64,000 nt of DNA. It comes from an uncultured Candidatus Rokubacteria bacterium. GTDB taxonomy: Bacteria > Methylomirabilota > Methylomirabilia > Rokubacteriales > CSP1-6. The stretch spans positions 160,001 to 224,000 of the forward strand of contig CAWBMV010000034.1 of NCBI GenBank assembly GCA_963789955.1, written 5' to 3'. Positions 29,619 to 54,256 of the stretch are shown piece after piece. The translations under genes were made by a program, and so were the position numbers. Every line of letters begins with the position of its first letter. Positions within the stretch are counted from its first letter, which is position 1. The notes under the pieces are model-generated. The model was not told the DNA's origin. It worked only from the letters and a program-made list of their open reading frames with translations, and ran no database searches.

Positions 29619-32600
29619 ATCCGGCCTTCCTCGAAGTCGTCGGCCACAGTGGGCGGCGACTCCACGACGCTCGCGGTTTCGAGGCGCGTCGTCACGAAGG
29701 CCAGCAGTGTCGCCACACTCGGCCGCTCGAGGAGCTGGACCATCGGAAGGGCGATGCCGAAATCGCGCTCGATGCGGTTCTTGAGCTCGACCGCCATCAG
29801 CGAGTCGAACCCGAGCTCACCGAGCGGCTGCTCGGCGTCCAGCTCGGCTGTCGGCACACCGGTGATCGCCGCGACTTGATCTGTCAAATAGCCGGCCAGG
29901 GTGTCGCGCCGCGCGACCTCGTCCAGCTGTCGAATCGACCCGGCGCCGGGGACCGGAGGCCCGGATACTCCATCCTGCAACGCGTCGCCCAGATCGCGGA
30001 GAAGCGGGGCCTGCATGAACGTCGGATAGAGCTGCCGCCAGCGCCGCCAGTCTATCGGGAGCACCGCCGCCTGCGTTGCGCCGCTGAGCAGGATACGCCG
30101 GAGCGCCTCGATCCCGGCGGCCGGCGTGATCATCGCCTCCTCCGCGGTTGCTCCGACCGGCCGGCGCGCCACGCGCGCCGCCATTCCGATTTCCGACCAC
30201 GCCGCCCAGTTGATGCTCACCGCGTGGCGGCCGAGGGCCAGGCGGTGGTGCGCGAGGGAGTCGAGGAATGCATTGGCGGCGGCATATCCGCTGACCAGGG
30301 GCGAGCTGAGCACGGAAGCCGCCGACGAGAACAGCACGAAGAAGTCGAGCGGTGCGTCGGCGAGGAGCCGATGCAACAGCCACGCGCCGGCGATCTTCGC
30401 GCGGCCGACCGCGATCTGCGCGGCCGCGTCGTACTCTTCCATCGCCTGATACTGCATGACTCCGGCCGCATGGATGACGCCACGAATCGGTGGCCAGCCC
30501 TGCTGCCGGAAGCCCTCGAGAAATTCCCCCAGTGCGCGTGCGTCGCCGACGTCGATGCCGGCCAGGTGAACGCTGGCTCCCTGGCGCTCGAGATCACGGA
30601 CCGCTCTCGCCTGATCCGCCTGCGTCCCCGGGGGGAGCGTCGACCAGAGCGCGCGAGGCGGAAGCGAGGTGCGGCCCAGGAGGATCAGGCGCCGGGCGCC
30701 TTGCTCGACCATCCACCGTGCGACCTCCAACCCGAGTCCGCCCAGCCCTCCGGTGACGAGGTACGTGGCGTCGACGCGCCAATGGAGGTTCCGAGACGTC
30801 GGGCTCCGGCGGAACCGTCCGAGGCGGGCGACGAATCGGACACCGTCGCGAAACGCGACCTGATCCTCACCGTCGCTCGCGGCGATCTCGTCGTAGAGCA
30901 ACGCCGCGGAAGCATTCGGAGGGGTCTGGGCGTCGAGGTCGAGCAGACCTCCCCATAGCTCTGAATGCTCGACGGCCAGACTGCGACCGAAGCCCCACAG
31001 CGGCGACTGGGCTACCGCCAGCGGCGTCGGTCCACCAACCGGCTGAGCGCCGCGCGTCACGAGCCACATTCTTGGCCGCGGGCCCTCGGCGGGCCGAGTC
31101 AGGGCCTGCACGACCCGCACGGCGCTCATCCACCCGAGCGTCTGGACCGTCTCGAGCGGCCCGATGTCCAGCTGATCGCCAGACGGACTGTCGAGGCTCC
31201 ACAGATGAACGACGTGGGTGACCGGACGCTCGCCGGGCGCGGCCGCATCGATCAGCGATCGCATATCGGATACCGCGTCGACACGAATCGTGTAGGTGTC
31301 GTGCCCGGTCTGCTCGAACCGCGCGCCGCGACGGACGCGCACGCATCGCCCGCCCCGCGATCCGAGCTCGGCCGCCAGCGCCCGGCCCACTCCGCCCTCG
31401 TCCTCGAAGATCAGCCAGGCCGAATCCGTCGTCGCGGGCGCCGCTCGTTCGCGCCCTCGTCGCTCCCATCGAAGCTGGTAGAGCCAGTTGTCCGCACTCC
31501 GCGTCGTCGGCGCCGCATCGTCGGAGTCCAGGTACCAGAAGCGAACGCCGAGCAGCTCTGCGACGACGGCCTCGTGCTCGTCGTAGATCCGGATGTCGCC
31601 GCTCAAGACGTTGCTCGCACCCTTCGTGGCCTTCACGGCACGCGCGTGCGACCAGAATCGTTCGCCGCGGAGCGGACGGTGGATACGGACCTCGTCGATG
31701 CCGCCTCCGACGAACGCTCCGCGGGTACGCGAGGCACCCTCCGCCGGACGGATGGCGGCGAGCAGTTGACCACACGCGTCCGCCACCGCGGGATGGAAGC
31801 GATACTTGACCATGTCCGCGCGCAGCGCCGGCACTGCTTGCACCTCGCTCACGACCTCCTCGCCGGCCCGCCACAAGCGCACGAGACCTTGAAAGCACGG
31901 TCCCCACTGGTTTCCCCGCCGGGCCAGCTCGTGGTAAAACGCCGTCCCGGCCAGCTCCTCTGTGCACCGTGCGCGCGCCTCGTTCAACGCCGACGGCGCC
32001 GTGAGCGCAGGAGCACCCTCGTCCGGCCGTCTGAGACGGCCGCTCACGTGACGCACCCACGCGGCCGCCGAGTGCGGGCCGCGGGCGCTGTCGGCGGGTC
32101 TCGTGTACACGGCAAACGTTCCGTGGTCCTCCGTGGACATCGAGATGACGACCTGGCTTCTCAGCGCGCCCGCGTTGATCAGCAGTGGCACTTCGTACGC
32201 GACGTCCGTCAGCACGCAGGGCCTGTCGCCGAACAGCTCGCTGGCGGCTGCGACGACCATCTCCGTGTACGCCGCGGCTGGAAACACGACGGCGCCCTGG
32301 ATGCGGTGATCGTCGAGATACGGCAGGCGAGTGCGATCGAGTACCCCCTCCCAGACGTGTGTGGCGTCGAGTGACGCGACCTCGAGTCGACGGCCCAGCA
32401 GTGGGTGGCCGCCGACGCCGTGTCCTTCCCCCGGCCGGGCCGCTGGCTCATCGTCCGGCGCGAGCCAAAACGGCTCTCGCTGGAACGGGTAGGTCGGCAG
32501 CGATATCCGTCTCCGGGGCCGATCCTCCCGGTGGACGCCCGCCCAGTCGACGTCGACTCCGCCGACGTAGGCGGCCGCAAGGCCATCGAGCATCTGCTGA

Positions 32601-35231
32601 GCGTCATCGCGTCCGGGCCGGAGCGACGCCACCCAGGCCCCGGCGAAGTCGGGCACGGATTGCCGCCCGATGCCGAGCAAGGTCGTGGCGGGACCGATCT
32701 CGATGAACATCGAGGCGCTCTGGGTTTGCAGCGTTCGCATCACCGCGGCGAATCGGACGGGCTCCCTGACGTGCCGACGCCAGTACTGAGCTCGCGTCAG
32801 CTCCATCCCGGCGAGGCGTCCATCGATATCGGAGACGACGGTGATGCGCGGCGCCGCGAATTGGACCTGTGCAGCCACGCGCTCGAAGTCGTCCAGCATC
32901 GGCTCCATGAGCGGCGAGTGGAAGGCGTGCGAGACGGTCAGCTGCCTGGATTCGGATTCCAGCCGCCTGCAGAGCCTCGTCGCCGATCCCACCGCGTCGT
33001 GCGGTCCCCGAGATGACGACGTGCTCGGGGCCGTTGACGGCCGCGATCGACAGGTGATCGCTCACGGCCGACCACGTCGGCCGACGCGGTCCTCGTCGGC
33101 GAACACGGCCGCCATCGCGCCGCCGCGGGCAGCGCCTGCATCAGCCGACCGCGCGCCGCGATCAGGCGCAGGCCGTCCTCGACGGCTGAAGACGCCGGCG
33201 ACGCAGGCGGCGACGTACTCGCCGACGCTGTGGCCCAGCGACCAGCGCCGGCTCGACGCCCCACGAGCGCCACAGCTCGGCCAGCGCGTACTCGAGGGCG
33301 AACAGAGCCGGCTGCGCGTACGTCGGTCTCGTCGAGAGTCGAGGACTGTGCCCGGCTCCGGGAACAGGACCGACAGCAGCGGCACCGGCAGCGTGCCGCG
33401 CAGGATCTCGTCGCACTGATCGAGCGCGTTCCGGAACGTCGGGCTGCGTCTCGTAGAGGCGCCGCCCCATGCCCTCGTACTGGGAGCCCTGGCCGGTGAA
33501 GAGGAAGGCGACCTTGAGGCGCGCCGCTCGCCAGCGCGCCCGACGCGCAGACCGGGCACCGTACCGCCGTCGCGCGAAGGCGGCCAGCGCTCGCCGGCCT
33601 GGTGCCGGTGGACGCGACACGGCCAGCCGGTGACGCGAAGTGCGAGCGACCCGACGCTCGCGGTGAAGCAGACGTCGGCGAGGGCGTCGTCCGGGTTCGG
33701 CGTCCAGGTGGCGCTCCGTACGGCGTGCAAGCTCTCGCAGCGCGCGGCTCGGTCCGAGCGGACACCGGGAGCAGTGCAGCGGCCGCTCGGTCCGCGCTCG
33801 GGGCGATCGCCGCCGGCTCGGGCGGCTCTTCCACGACGACGTGCGCATTCGTCCCGCTGAAGCCGAAGGAGCTGACCCCCGCCAGCCGCGGTCCGCGTGC
33901 CGGCGGCCAGGGCATGCGGCCGGTCGGGACGAGCACCGGGCAGCTCGTCGGCGGCCACGTGCGGGTTCGGCGTGTTGAAGTGGAGGTGCGGCGGAATCTC
34001 GCCGTGCTGCAGCGCCAGGACGACCTTGATCAGGCCGGCGATGCCCGCCGCGGCCTCGAGGTGCCCGATGTTGGTCTTGACCGAGCCGACGGACCAGGCG
34101 CTCGGCGTCCCCACGGTCGCGGCCGAGTGCGCCCCGAGGGCCGCCAGCTCGATCGGGATCGCCCAGCGCCGTGCCCGTGCCGTGCGCCTCCACGTAGTCC
34201 ATCTGGTGCGGCTCGACCGCGGCGTTCGCGAGCGCGTCGCGGATGAGCGTCTTGCTGCGCCGGTCCGTTGGGCACCGTCAGGCCGCCGCTGCGGCCGTCC
34301 TGATTGACCGCCGAGCCCCGGATCAGCGCCAGGACGCTGTCACCGTCGCGCGTCGCGTCGGACAGGCGCTTCAGCACCACGACGCCGCAGCCTTCCCCGC
34401 GGCCGTAGCCGTCGGCGGCGGCGTCGAAGGTTTTGCACCGGCCGTCGGGGGCAATCGCGCGCAGCCTGCGACAGGTAGATCGACACGTCCGGCGCCAGCA
34501 TCAGATTGACGCCGCCGGCGAGCGCGAGATCGCACTCGCCAGTGCGCAGGCTCTGACAGGCCAGATGCACGGCCACCAGCGACGACGAGCAGGCGGTGTC
34601 GACCGCCAGGCTGGGACCGTGCGAGCCCCAGAACGTACGAGAGCCGGCCGGCGGCGACGCAGAGGCCCCCTCCGGTCCCGATGTAGGCGTCGATGCGCGT
34701 CCGGTCGCCGCCCTTGAGCTGAAGCTGCGCGTAGTCGTGCTTCCGATGCCGATGAAGACGCCGGTGCGGGTGCCGACGAGCCGGTCGGCGGCGATGGCCG
34801 GCGTGCTCGAGCGCTTCCCAGGCGACCTCCAGCAGCAGGCGCTGCTGCGGGTCCAGGGTGATCGCCTCTCGCGGCGAGATGCCGAAGAACTGCGCGTCGA
34901 AGCCGCGGACGTCCTTCAGGAAGCCGCCGTAGCGGGTGTACATCTTGCCCGGTACCTCGGGGTCCGGATCGTAGTAGGCATCGACGTCCCAGCGGTCGGC
35001 CGGAATCTCGGTGACCGTGTCGACGCCGTCGTGCAGCACCGCCAGAAGGCCTCGGGGTCGTCGGCGCCCCGGGAATCGACAGCCCATGCCGATGACCGCG
35101 ATGGGCTCGGAATGCGCGCGCTCGCTCGCTTCCAGCCGTCCCTGCATCTGACCGAGCGCCGTCAGCGCCTGGCTCAAAAGCGCTCGGCGATCTTTGCTGT
35201 TCGCGTCCGGGGTCGCGAGGGGCTCGCTCAT
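29615..35231 (-). CDS. PKS module 5: KS-AT(malonyl)-DH-KR-ACP with C-terminal acidic docking motif (indels in 33000-35100)
   Basis: [56 protein letters not shown] lacking LDD; ACP GFDSLM; ends DDFEEGRI. Confidence 0.9.
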
Positions 35232-38200
35232 CCGATCTGCCTCAGCTTCTCGGCCAGCATCGACGTCAGCTCGTCTTCCGATGAGATTCGACATGTCGGC
35301 CGCGGCCCCGCTCGTGTCCTCAGGCCCCGTCGGGGTGACCGGCGACGCAGTCGGAGCGAGCCGGAGGATCTGCAGGGCGAGGTACGTCGTCAGCGATTCC
35401 ACCGTCGGGTAGTCGAAGACGAGCGTCGACGGCAACGACCGCTTCATGACGGCCTGCAGGCGATTTTTCAGCTCCACGGCGGTGAGCGAGTCCATGCCGA
35501 TCTCGAAGAACCGCTGCTGCAGACCCAGCGCGAAGCCGGCGTCAAACCCGAGCACGCGAATCACGTGCTCCGTGACCAGCGCCGTGACCAGGGCCCGCCC
35601 ATCGGCGGCCGTGGCGCCCTCGAGCCGTCGGTGGAAGTCCGAGTCCTGCGTGGTGGATCGAACCGACTCGGCGCGGAGCCGGTCCTCGCGCACGAGGTCA
35701 CTGAACATCCGCGGCTCGCGTCCCGAGGCGAAGCTGGCCACGTAGCGTGACCACTCGGCGGGCAGGACGCCGACCTGCGTCACGTCTTGTTGAAGCAGGT
35801 CGCCGAGCACGTCGAGGGCATCGGCCACCGCCATAGTTCCGAAGCCCCCCGCGGTCCACTGGCTCTGTCGCACGGCGCCTACGGCCTCGGCCATCCCGAC
35901 CTGGTGCCATGGTCCCCAGTCGATGCTGAGCGCCGGGAGTCCGGCTCTCCGGCGTTGATGCGCGAGGGCATCGAGGAAGACGTTCGCGGCGGTGTAGTTG
36001 GCGAGTCCGACGGGCCCCATGAAGGAGGCGGCCGACGAGAACAAGACGAAGAAGTCGAGCGGCATCCCGCGGGTGAGACGGTGCAGTTCCAGGCGCCGTT
36101 GAGCTTGGGCTTGAGCACCCGGGCGAATCGGTCCCAGTCGTGGCGCAGAAGCACGCGGTCGTCGAAGATGCCTGCCGCGTGGATGATGCCGCGGATCGGC
36201 GGCATAGAGGCCGCGATGTCAGCGAGGACCCTGACGAGATCAGGTTCGCTTGCGACGTCGGCCTGCTCGATGAGGAACCGGGTCCCGAGCCGTTCGATTT
36301 CATGCAGTGCGACGCGCGCAGCGTCCGTCGGCGCGCGACGTGCCAGGAGAGCGAGGTGGCGAGCACCACGCTCAGCCATCCACCGCGCGACCTGGAGTCC
36401 CATGCCACCCACTCCGCCGGTCAGCAGATACGTCGCATCGTCGCGGAAGCTCGCTGGCTCACGTGCCGGCTGGTACGGTCGCAAACGGGCCAGGCGGGCG
36501 ACGTGACGAACGTGCTGCCGGAGAGCGACCTGATCCTCGTGGTCTGCGCCGAGCAGCTCCGCGATCAATGCTTCGATCTCGTCGCGGGTCGGCATCGGGT
36601 CGAGGTCGACGAGTCCACCCCAGATCTCTGGGTGCTCCATGGCCGCGACGCGCCCGAGACCCCACAGCGGCGATTGGGACAGCTCGAGATGGCCGTCGGC
36701 CGGCCCTATCGCCTGAGCCCCGCGGGTCACGAGCCAGAGCCGTGGGCGCACATGGCCCGTCCCCTTCGCCAACGCCTGCACGGCAAAGAGGGCGCTTCGA
36801 GTAGTCCGCGTCGCCGCCGCTTCGAGCTCGGCTGTGGGCGTGTGCTCGGTCGAAGCGGCGTCGAGGCCGAGCAGATGCACGACCCCGTGTAGCGCATCGC
36901 GACCGCCGTGAGTCGCCGACTGGATCAGCCGCTCGAGGCCCTCGAGCGAGGCCAGGTCGGCCTCGTTCCCGGCCCGCACGACGACGGAGGAGTGCCCCCT
37001 CGCCGCCAGCGCATCCCTCAGGCGCTCGCCGACACCACCGCGGTCGGCCAGGATCAGCCACGCGCCCCCCGGCGCCGGTGTCGCCGCGCTCACGGTCGCC
37101 GGCGCGTCGGGGTTGCGCGCCATGACGATGGCCTGCCGAGCGAGCCCCGTCTTCCGTCTTCGGCATCGCCAATCGCCGCGGGACCCACGAACTCCGCGTC
37201 CGCGAGCAGGCCCAGCCACTTCGACGTCGAGAGCAAGGGGTGCGCGGGTCGCCGGGCGTGATCGCTGAACTTCCACCAGCCCGCCGTGAGTCCGTACGTG
37301 AGATCGACCCACCGCTGGGATGCCGTGCCCTCGAGCAGGACGAGGAGACCTCCGGGCGCCATGATCTGCCGAACGTGGGCGATCGTCCGTTCGAGATCGG
37401 CCGTGGCGTGCAGGACGTTTGCCGCGAGGACGATATCGAATCGCCGACCGTCGAAACCTTGCTGGGCCGGATCGACCTCGATATCGAGCATCTCGTATCG
37501 CACGAAGGGATAGCGGGCGTACTTGTCGCGGGCCCGGGCCAGGAAGAGCTGCGAGATGTCGGAGAAGACGTACTCCGCCTGGTGTGATGCCAGGGCCGGC
37601 AACACGGCTGTGGTGGTGCCCCCCGTCCCGGCGCCGATCTCCAGGATGCGAACGGGACAGTTCGCGGGAACCTCGGTGAGCGCGGCCGTGAAGGCCGAGT
37701 GGACCAGGCTGTTGTAGGCGAGCGCGGGCGGAGAATCCTGTGCCAGCCGTTCGGCCACGGTCGTTGACCCGTCGGGGAACAGCAGCTGGAGCGGATCGCA
37801 CACGCCGGCGAGGACATCGGCGAGGCGCTCACCGCATCGACTGACGAGGGTCAGCTCGGCGTCATAGGAGGGAAACCGTTCCCGAAGCGCGGCCGCGTGC
37901 TCGTCGGGTGACGGCCCGTCACCGTGTTTCGCCACGACCCATTCGACGCCGCTTCGCCTCAGCACGCCGTCGTGCTCGAGCATGTCGACGATGCGCCGAA
38001 GCACGCGGGGCAGATGGCCGCGCCCCGAGAACGTCGGCTCGTCCAGCGTGACGCGCGCGCCCACCGTCCAGTCGCGGATGAGGCGCTGCATTGCGTGCAG
38101 CGCATACCTGGTGGCCAAGGCGTCGAGCTCGCGCACCAGCTCTCCGTAGTCGTCGAGGCCGAATCGTGATCGTAGCTCGGGGACCCCCGGCTCGACGCGG

Positions 38201-41200
38201 GCGGCGATCGCCGTCGGTTCGGCGAGGCGTCGTGAGGCCCAGGTCTCCTCTCCGGTGTGCTCCTGCGCTCGCCACTCCACGCGGTAGAGCCAGTCCCCGA
38301 AGCGGCGACGGTCTCCGAAGGCGATGTCGGCGGAGGCGCGCCGGAGTCTCACTCCTTCGAGCTCGACCACCATGCGCCCGGCCTGGTCGAGGAGATGCAG
38401 ATCGGCTGTCAGCATGTCGGCCGGAGAGCCCGTGCCGGGCCGGAGCGTCGCATGGGCCCAGACCTCCGTGCATCCGGCGGTGAGGACGCGAAGGCGCTCG
38501 ACGCCGATCATGAGGAAGGGCACTTGATCTCCATCGGTCAGGAGACCATGCAGGCCGGCACCCAGAGTCTGGAACCCCGCGTCGAGCACCGCGGGGTGCA
38601 GCGCGTAAGCGCCCGCGCCGGCGACGAGCGACTCGGCGAGGACGACATGGCTGAGCGCCTCGCCGTCACGCCGCCAGAGTTGGCGCACGCCCTGGAAGCC
38701 CGGACCAAAATCGATGCCGTGGGCGCGGAGATTTGCGTAGTAGTCCGCCACGGGTATCTCGTCCGCACAACGGGCCCGGACAAGGTCGAGGTCAGTGGCC
38801 GTGTCGCCGACCGCTCGCGAGCTCACGCGGCGAGCGCGGCCGCTGGCGTGCATGGTCCATGTCGGCTCGCCCGCCGACCCGTCGGTCAGACCGTGGAGCT
38901 CGAACGAAACGGTGTTCGCGTCCTCGCGTCGGCCGATCCACTGCACGGTCCGCTCTTCGTTGTCCCGCAACTCGAGCGGAGCCAGGACCGTCACGTCGGA
39001 CAACTCCACCGCGTCCTCCCCCAGCGTCGCGGCGCTCCCGGCGCGAGCCATCTCGAGGTACCACGGTCCCGGCACGATGACCCGGCCCTGGATGCGGTGA
39101 TCCTTGAGGAACGCGTGCGTTTCCAGCCCGAGCTGCGTCTCGAACACAGCATCGGCCGCCGCGGTCGAAACTCGGCGCCCGATGACCGGATGATCTGGAC
39201 GCTCGTCGCGCCGCGCGGGCACCAGGTCCTGCGTTAGCTGCGTTGACGGCCAGTACCGCTGCCGCTGGAAGGGGTAGTACGGCAGCGGGACGCGTCGACG
39301 CGAATACGCGGCGTCGAAGCCGCCCCAGTCGATCAGCGCGCCGGCCGTATAGAGGACGGCGAGGCTGCGGAGCAGCTCTGTCCAATCGTTGCGCCCGCGC
39401 CGGATCGAAGGCAACCACCGCGCGACAGAGTCCGGCAGGCACTGGCGCGCCATATCTGAAAGGACTGGGCTTGGGCCAACCTCCACGAAAAGTCGAAGGC
39501 CGGGGCGATCCATCGTGCGCACGGTGGTCTCGAAGCGCACGGGTGCGCGCGCGTGCCGACGCCAGTACGACGCGCACGCGATCTCGGCCGGTTCCACGAA
39601 GCCGCCGGTGATATTCGAGATGATGGCGAGACGCGGTGGCGCATAGTCGATTTCGTTCGCCACGCGCTCGAATTCATCGAGCATCGGGTCCATCAACGGC
39701 GAGTGGAAGGCATGCGACACCGTGAGCTCCCGGCTGCCCACTCCCTCGGCCCTCAGCACACCGACGATCGCCTGGACGGCATCGCGGCGCCCGGAGATCA
39801 CGACGTTGGTGGGACCGTTGACGGCGGCCAGCGAAACGTCGTCCTCGTGACCCGCGATCGCGCGGGCCACCCGCGCTTCGGGGGCGAAGGCGACGACCAT
39901 CGCGCCGTTGCGCGGGAGGGCCTGCATGAGTCGGCCGCGCGCCGCAACGAGCTTGATCGCGTCCTCGAGCCCGAACACGCCGGCCACGCACGCGGCGGCG
40001 TACTCTCCGACGCTGTGCCCTGCCACCACGGTGGGCGTGACTCCCCACGACCGCCAGAGCTCGGCGAGCGCGTACTCGATGGCGAAGAGGGCCGGCTGAG
40101 TGTACGAGGTCTCGTCGATCAACGACGTAGCGCCAACCTCGGGATAGATCGTCGCCAGCAGCGGGCGATCGACATACCGGCGCGCGATCGCGTCGCAGCG
40201 GTCCAGCGCAGCCCGGAACGTCGGGTGCGTGTCGTACAGCAGCCGCGCCATGCCCGCGTACTGCGAGCCCTGACCGGTGAACAGGAATGCGACCTCCGGG
40301 GGATCCGCGACGGTGAGCGATCCCCTCGCGGCGCCCGCCGGCGTCTGGCCCGCAGCGACCGCCGCGAGATCGGCGGCCAAGGTCGCCGCGCTGTCGCCCA
40401 CGAGAGTCAGACGCTCGGCGAAATGCTGCCGCCCGGAATTGGCGGTGAAGCAGATGTTCGCAAGCGCGTCCGGCGACGCGTCGGCGACGATCGGGTGATA
40501 GAGAGCAGCGAGCTTGCGCAGGGCTTCCTGGTTCTTCGCCGACAGCGCGAGCAGATGGCAGGGACGGTCGGCGCCTGACGGCGTCGCCGGTGCCGCCGCC
40601 GGTGGACCCTCGACGACGGCATGCGCGTTCGTCCCGCTGAACCCGAACGAGCTCACGCCGGCGAGTCGGGGCCGGCCCTCGGCCGGCCACGGGGTGAGTT
40701 CAGTCACGACCCGGAGCGGCAGCTCGTTCCACTCGATGTGAGGATTCAGTGTGTGGACGTGCAGTGTCGCGGGAATGGCCTCGTGCTCTAGGGCCAGCAC
40801 GACCTTCAACAGCCCCGCCAGTGCCCGCGGTCGCTTCCAGGTGTCCGAGGTTCGTCTTCACCGAGCCGATGAGCAGAGGCGCGGACGGTCGCCGCCCTTC
40901 GCTGAACACCGCGCCGAGCGCTCGCACCTCGATCGGATCGCCGAGAGCCGTCCCGGTCCCATGAGCCTCGATGTAGTCGACGTCGCGAGGCTGCAGCGCG
41001 CGCGCGGGCGAGCGCGTGCCGGATGACCGCCTTCCTGAGCAGGGCCGTTCGGTGCCGTCAGTCCGCTGCTGCGGCCGTCCTGGTTGACGGCGGTGCCGCG
41101 GATGACGGCGTGGATCGCGATCACCGTCGGCGAGGGCGTCGGCCAGTTTCTTCAGTACGATCACCGCGCAGCCCTCCGCCCGTACAAAGCCGTTCGGCGG

Positions 41201-41993
41201 AGGCGTCGAAGGCCTTGCAGCGGCCGTCCGGCGCCATCATGTGCGCCTTGGAGAGCGCGATGGTGGAATCGGCCGAGAGCATGACGTTGACCGCCGCCCG
41301 CCAGAGCGACGCGGCAGTCTCCGGTGAGCAGGCTCTGGCAGGCGAGGTGGACCGCGACCAGCGACGACGAGCATGCTGTGTCGAGCGAAACGCTGGGGCC
41401 CTGCAGCCCGAGCAGGTATGACAGGCGCCCCGACGCGACGCTGTGCGAGTTCCCGGTGGCCAGATAGGCGTCGATCGCGCCGCGACCCTGCCGCAGGAGC
41501 ATGTTGAAGTAGTCGCTGTTGCACAGCGCCGATGAAGACGCCGGTCGCGCTCCCGGCGAGCGCGTCCGGCGGCTTGCCGGCGTCCTCCAGCGCCTCCCAG
41601 GCCACCTCCAGCAGCAGGCGCTGCTGGGGGTCCATGCTCACCGCCTCGCGCGGGGCGATGCCGAAGAATTGCGCGTCGAAGTGGTCGACGTCGGCGAAGG
41701 AAGCCGCCCCACCGCGTCGACATCTTGCCCGGCGCGTCGGGATCCGGATCGTAGAGCGCGTCGACGTCCCAGCGGTCCGTCGGAGCCTCGGTGATGGCGT
41801 CCCCGCCGTCGCGAAGCAGGTCCCAGAACTGAGCGGGCGTATCGGCGCCCGGGAATCGGCAGGCCATCCCGACGATCGCGATGGGCTCCGCGGCGGCCTG
41901 CTCGGCGGCATCGAGCCTGGCCTTCAAGTCCATCGCCAGCAGAGCTAGGCGCTCTGGGGATAGCCTGGTGATCCGCTCGGCGAAATCGGTCAT
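35228..41993 (-). CDS. PKS module 4: KS-AT(malonyl)-DH-cMT-KR-ACP (several indels)
   Basis: [19 protein letters not shown] docking; [60 protein letters not shown]. True C-terminus [18 protein letters not shown] after correcting one inserted base. Confidence 0.9.
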
Positions 41994-42000
41994 GGTGCGA

Positions 42001-54239
<12,239 letters not shown>

Positions 54240-54256
54240 TGCCGCTCGCGACGTCG

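Noticed and set aside
34371..36065. Apparent ACP-KS fusion of modules 4 and 5 in one ORF
   Set aside because: Removing one base near 35281 restores a normal docking tail ([18 protein letters not shown]) with an ATGA overlap, so these are two genes.
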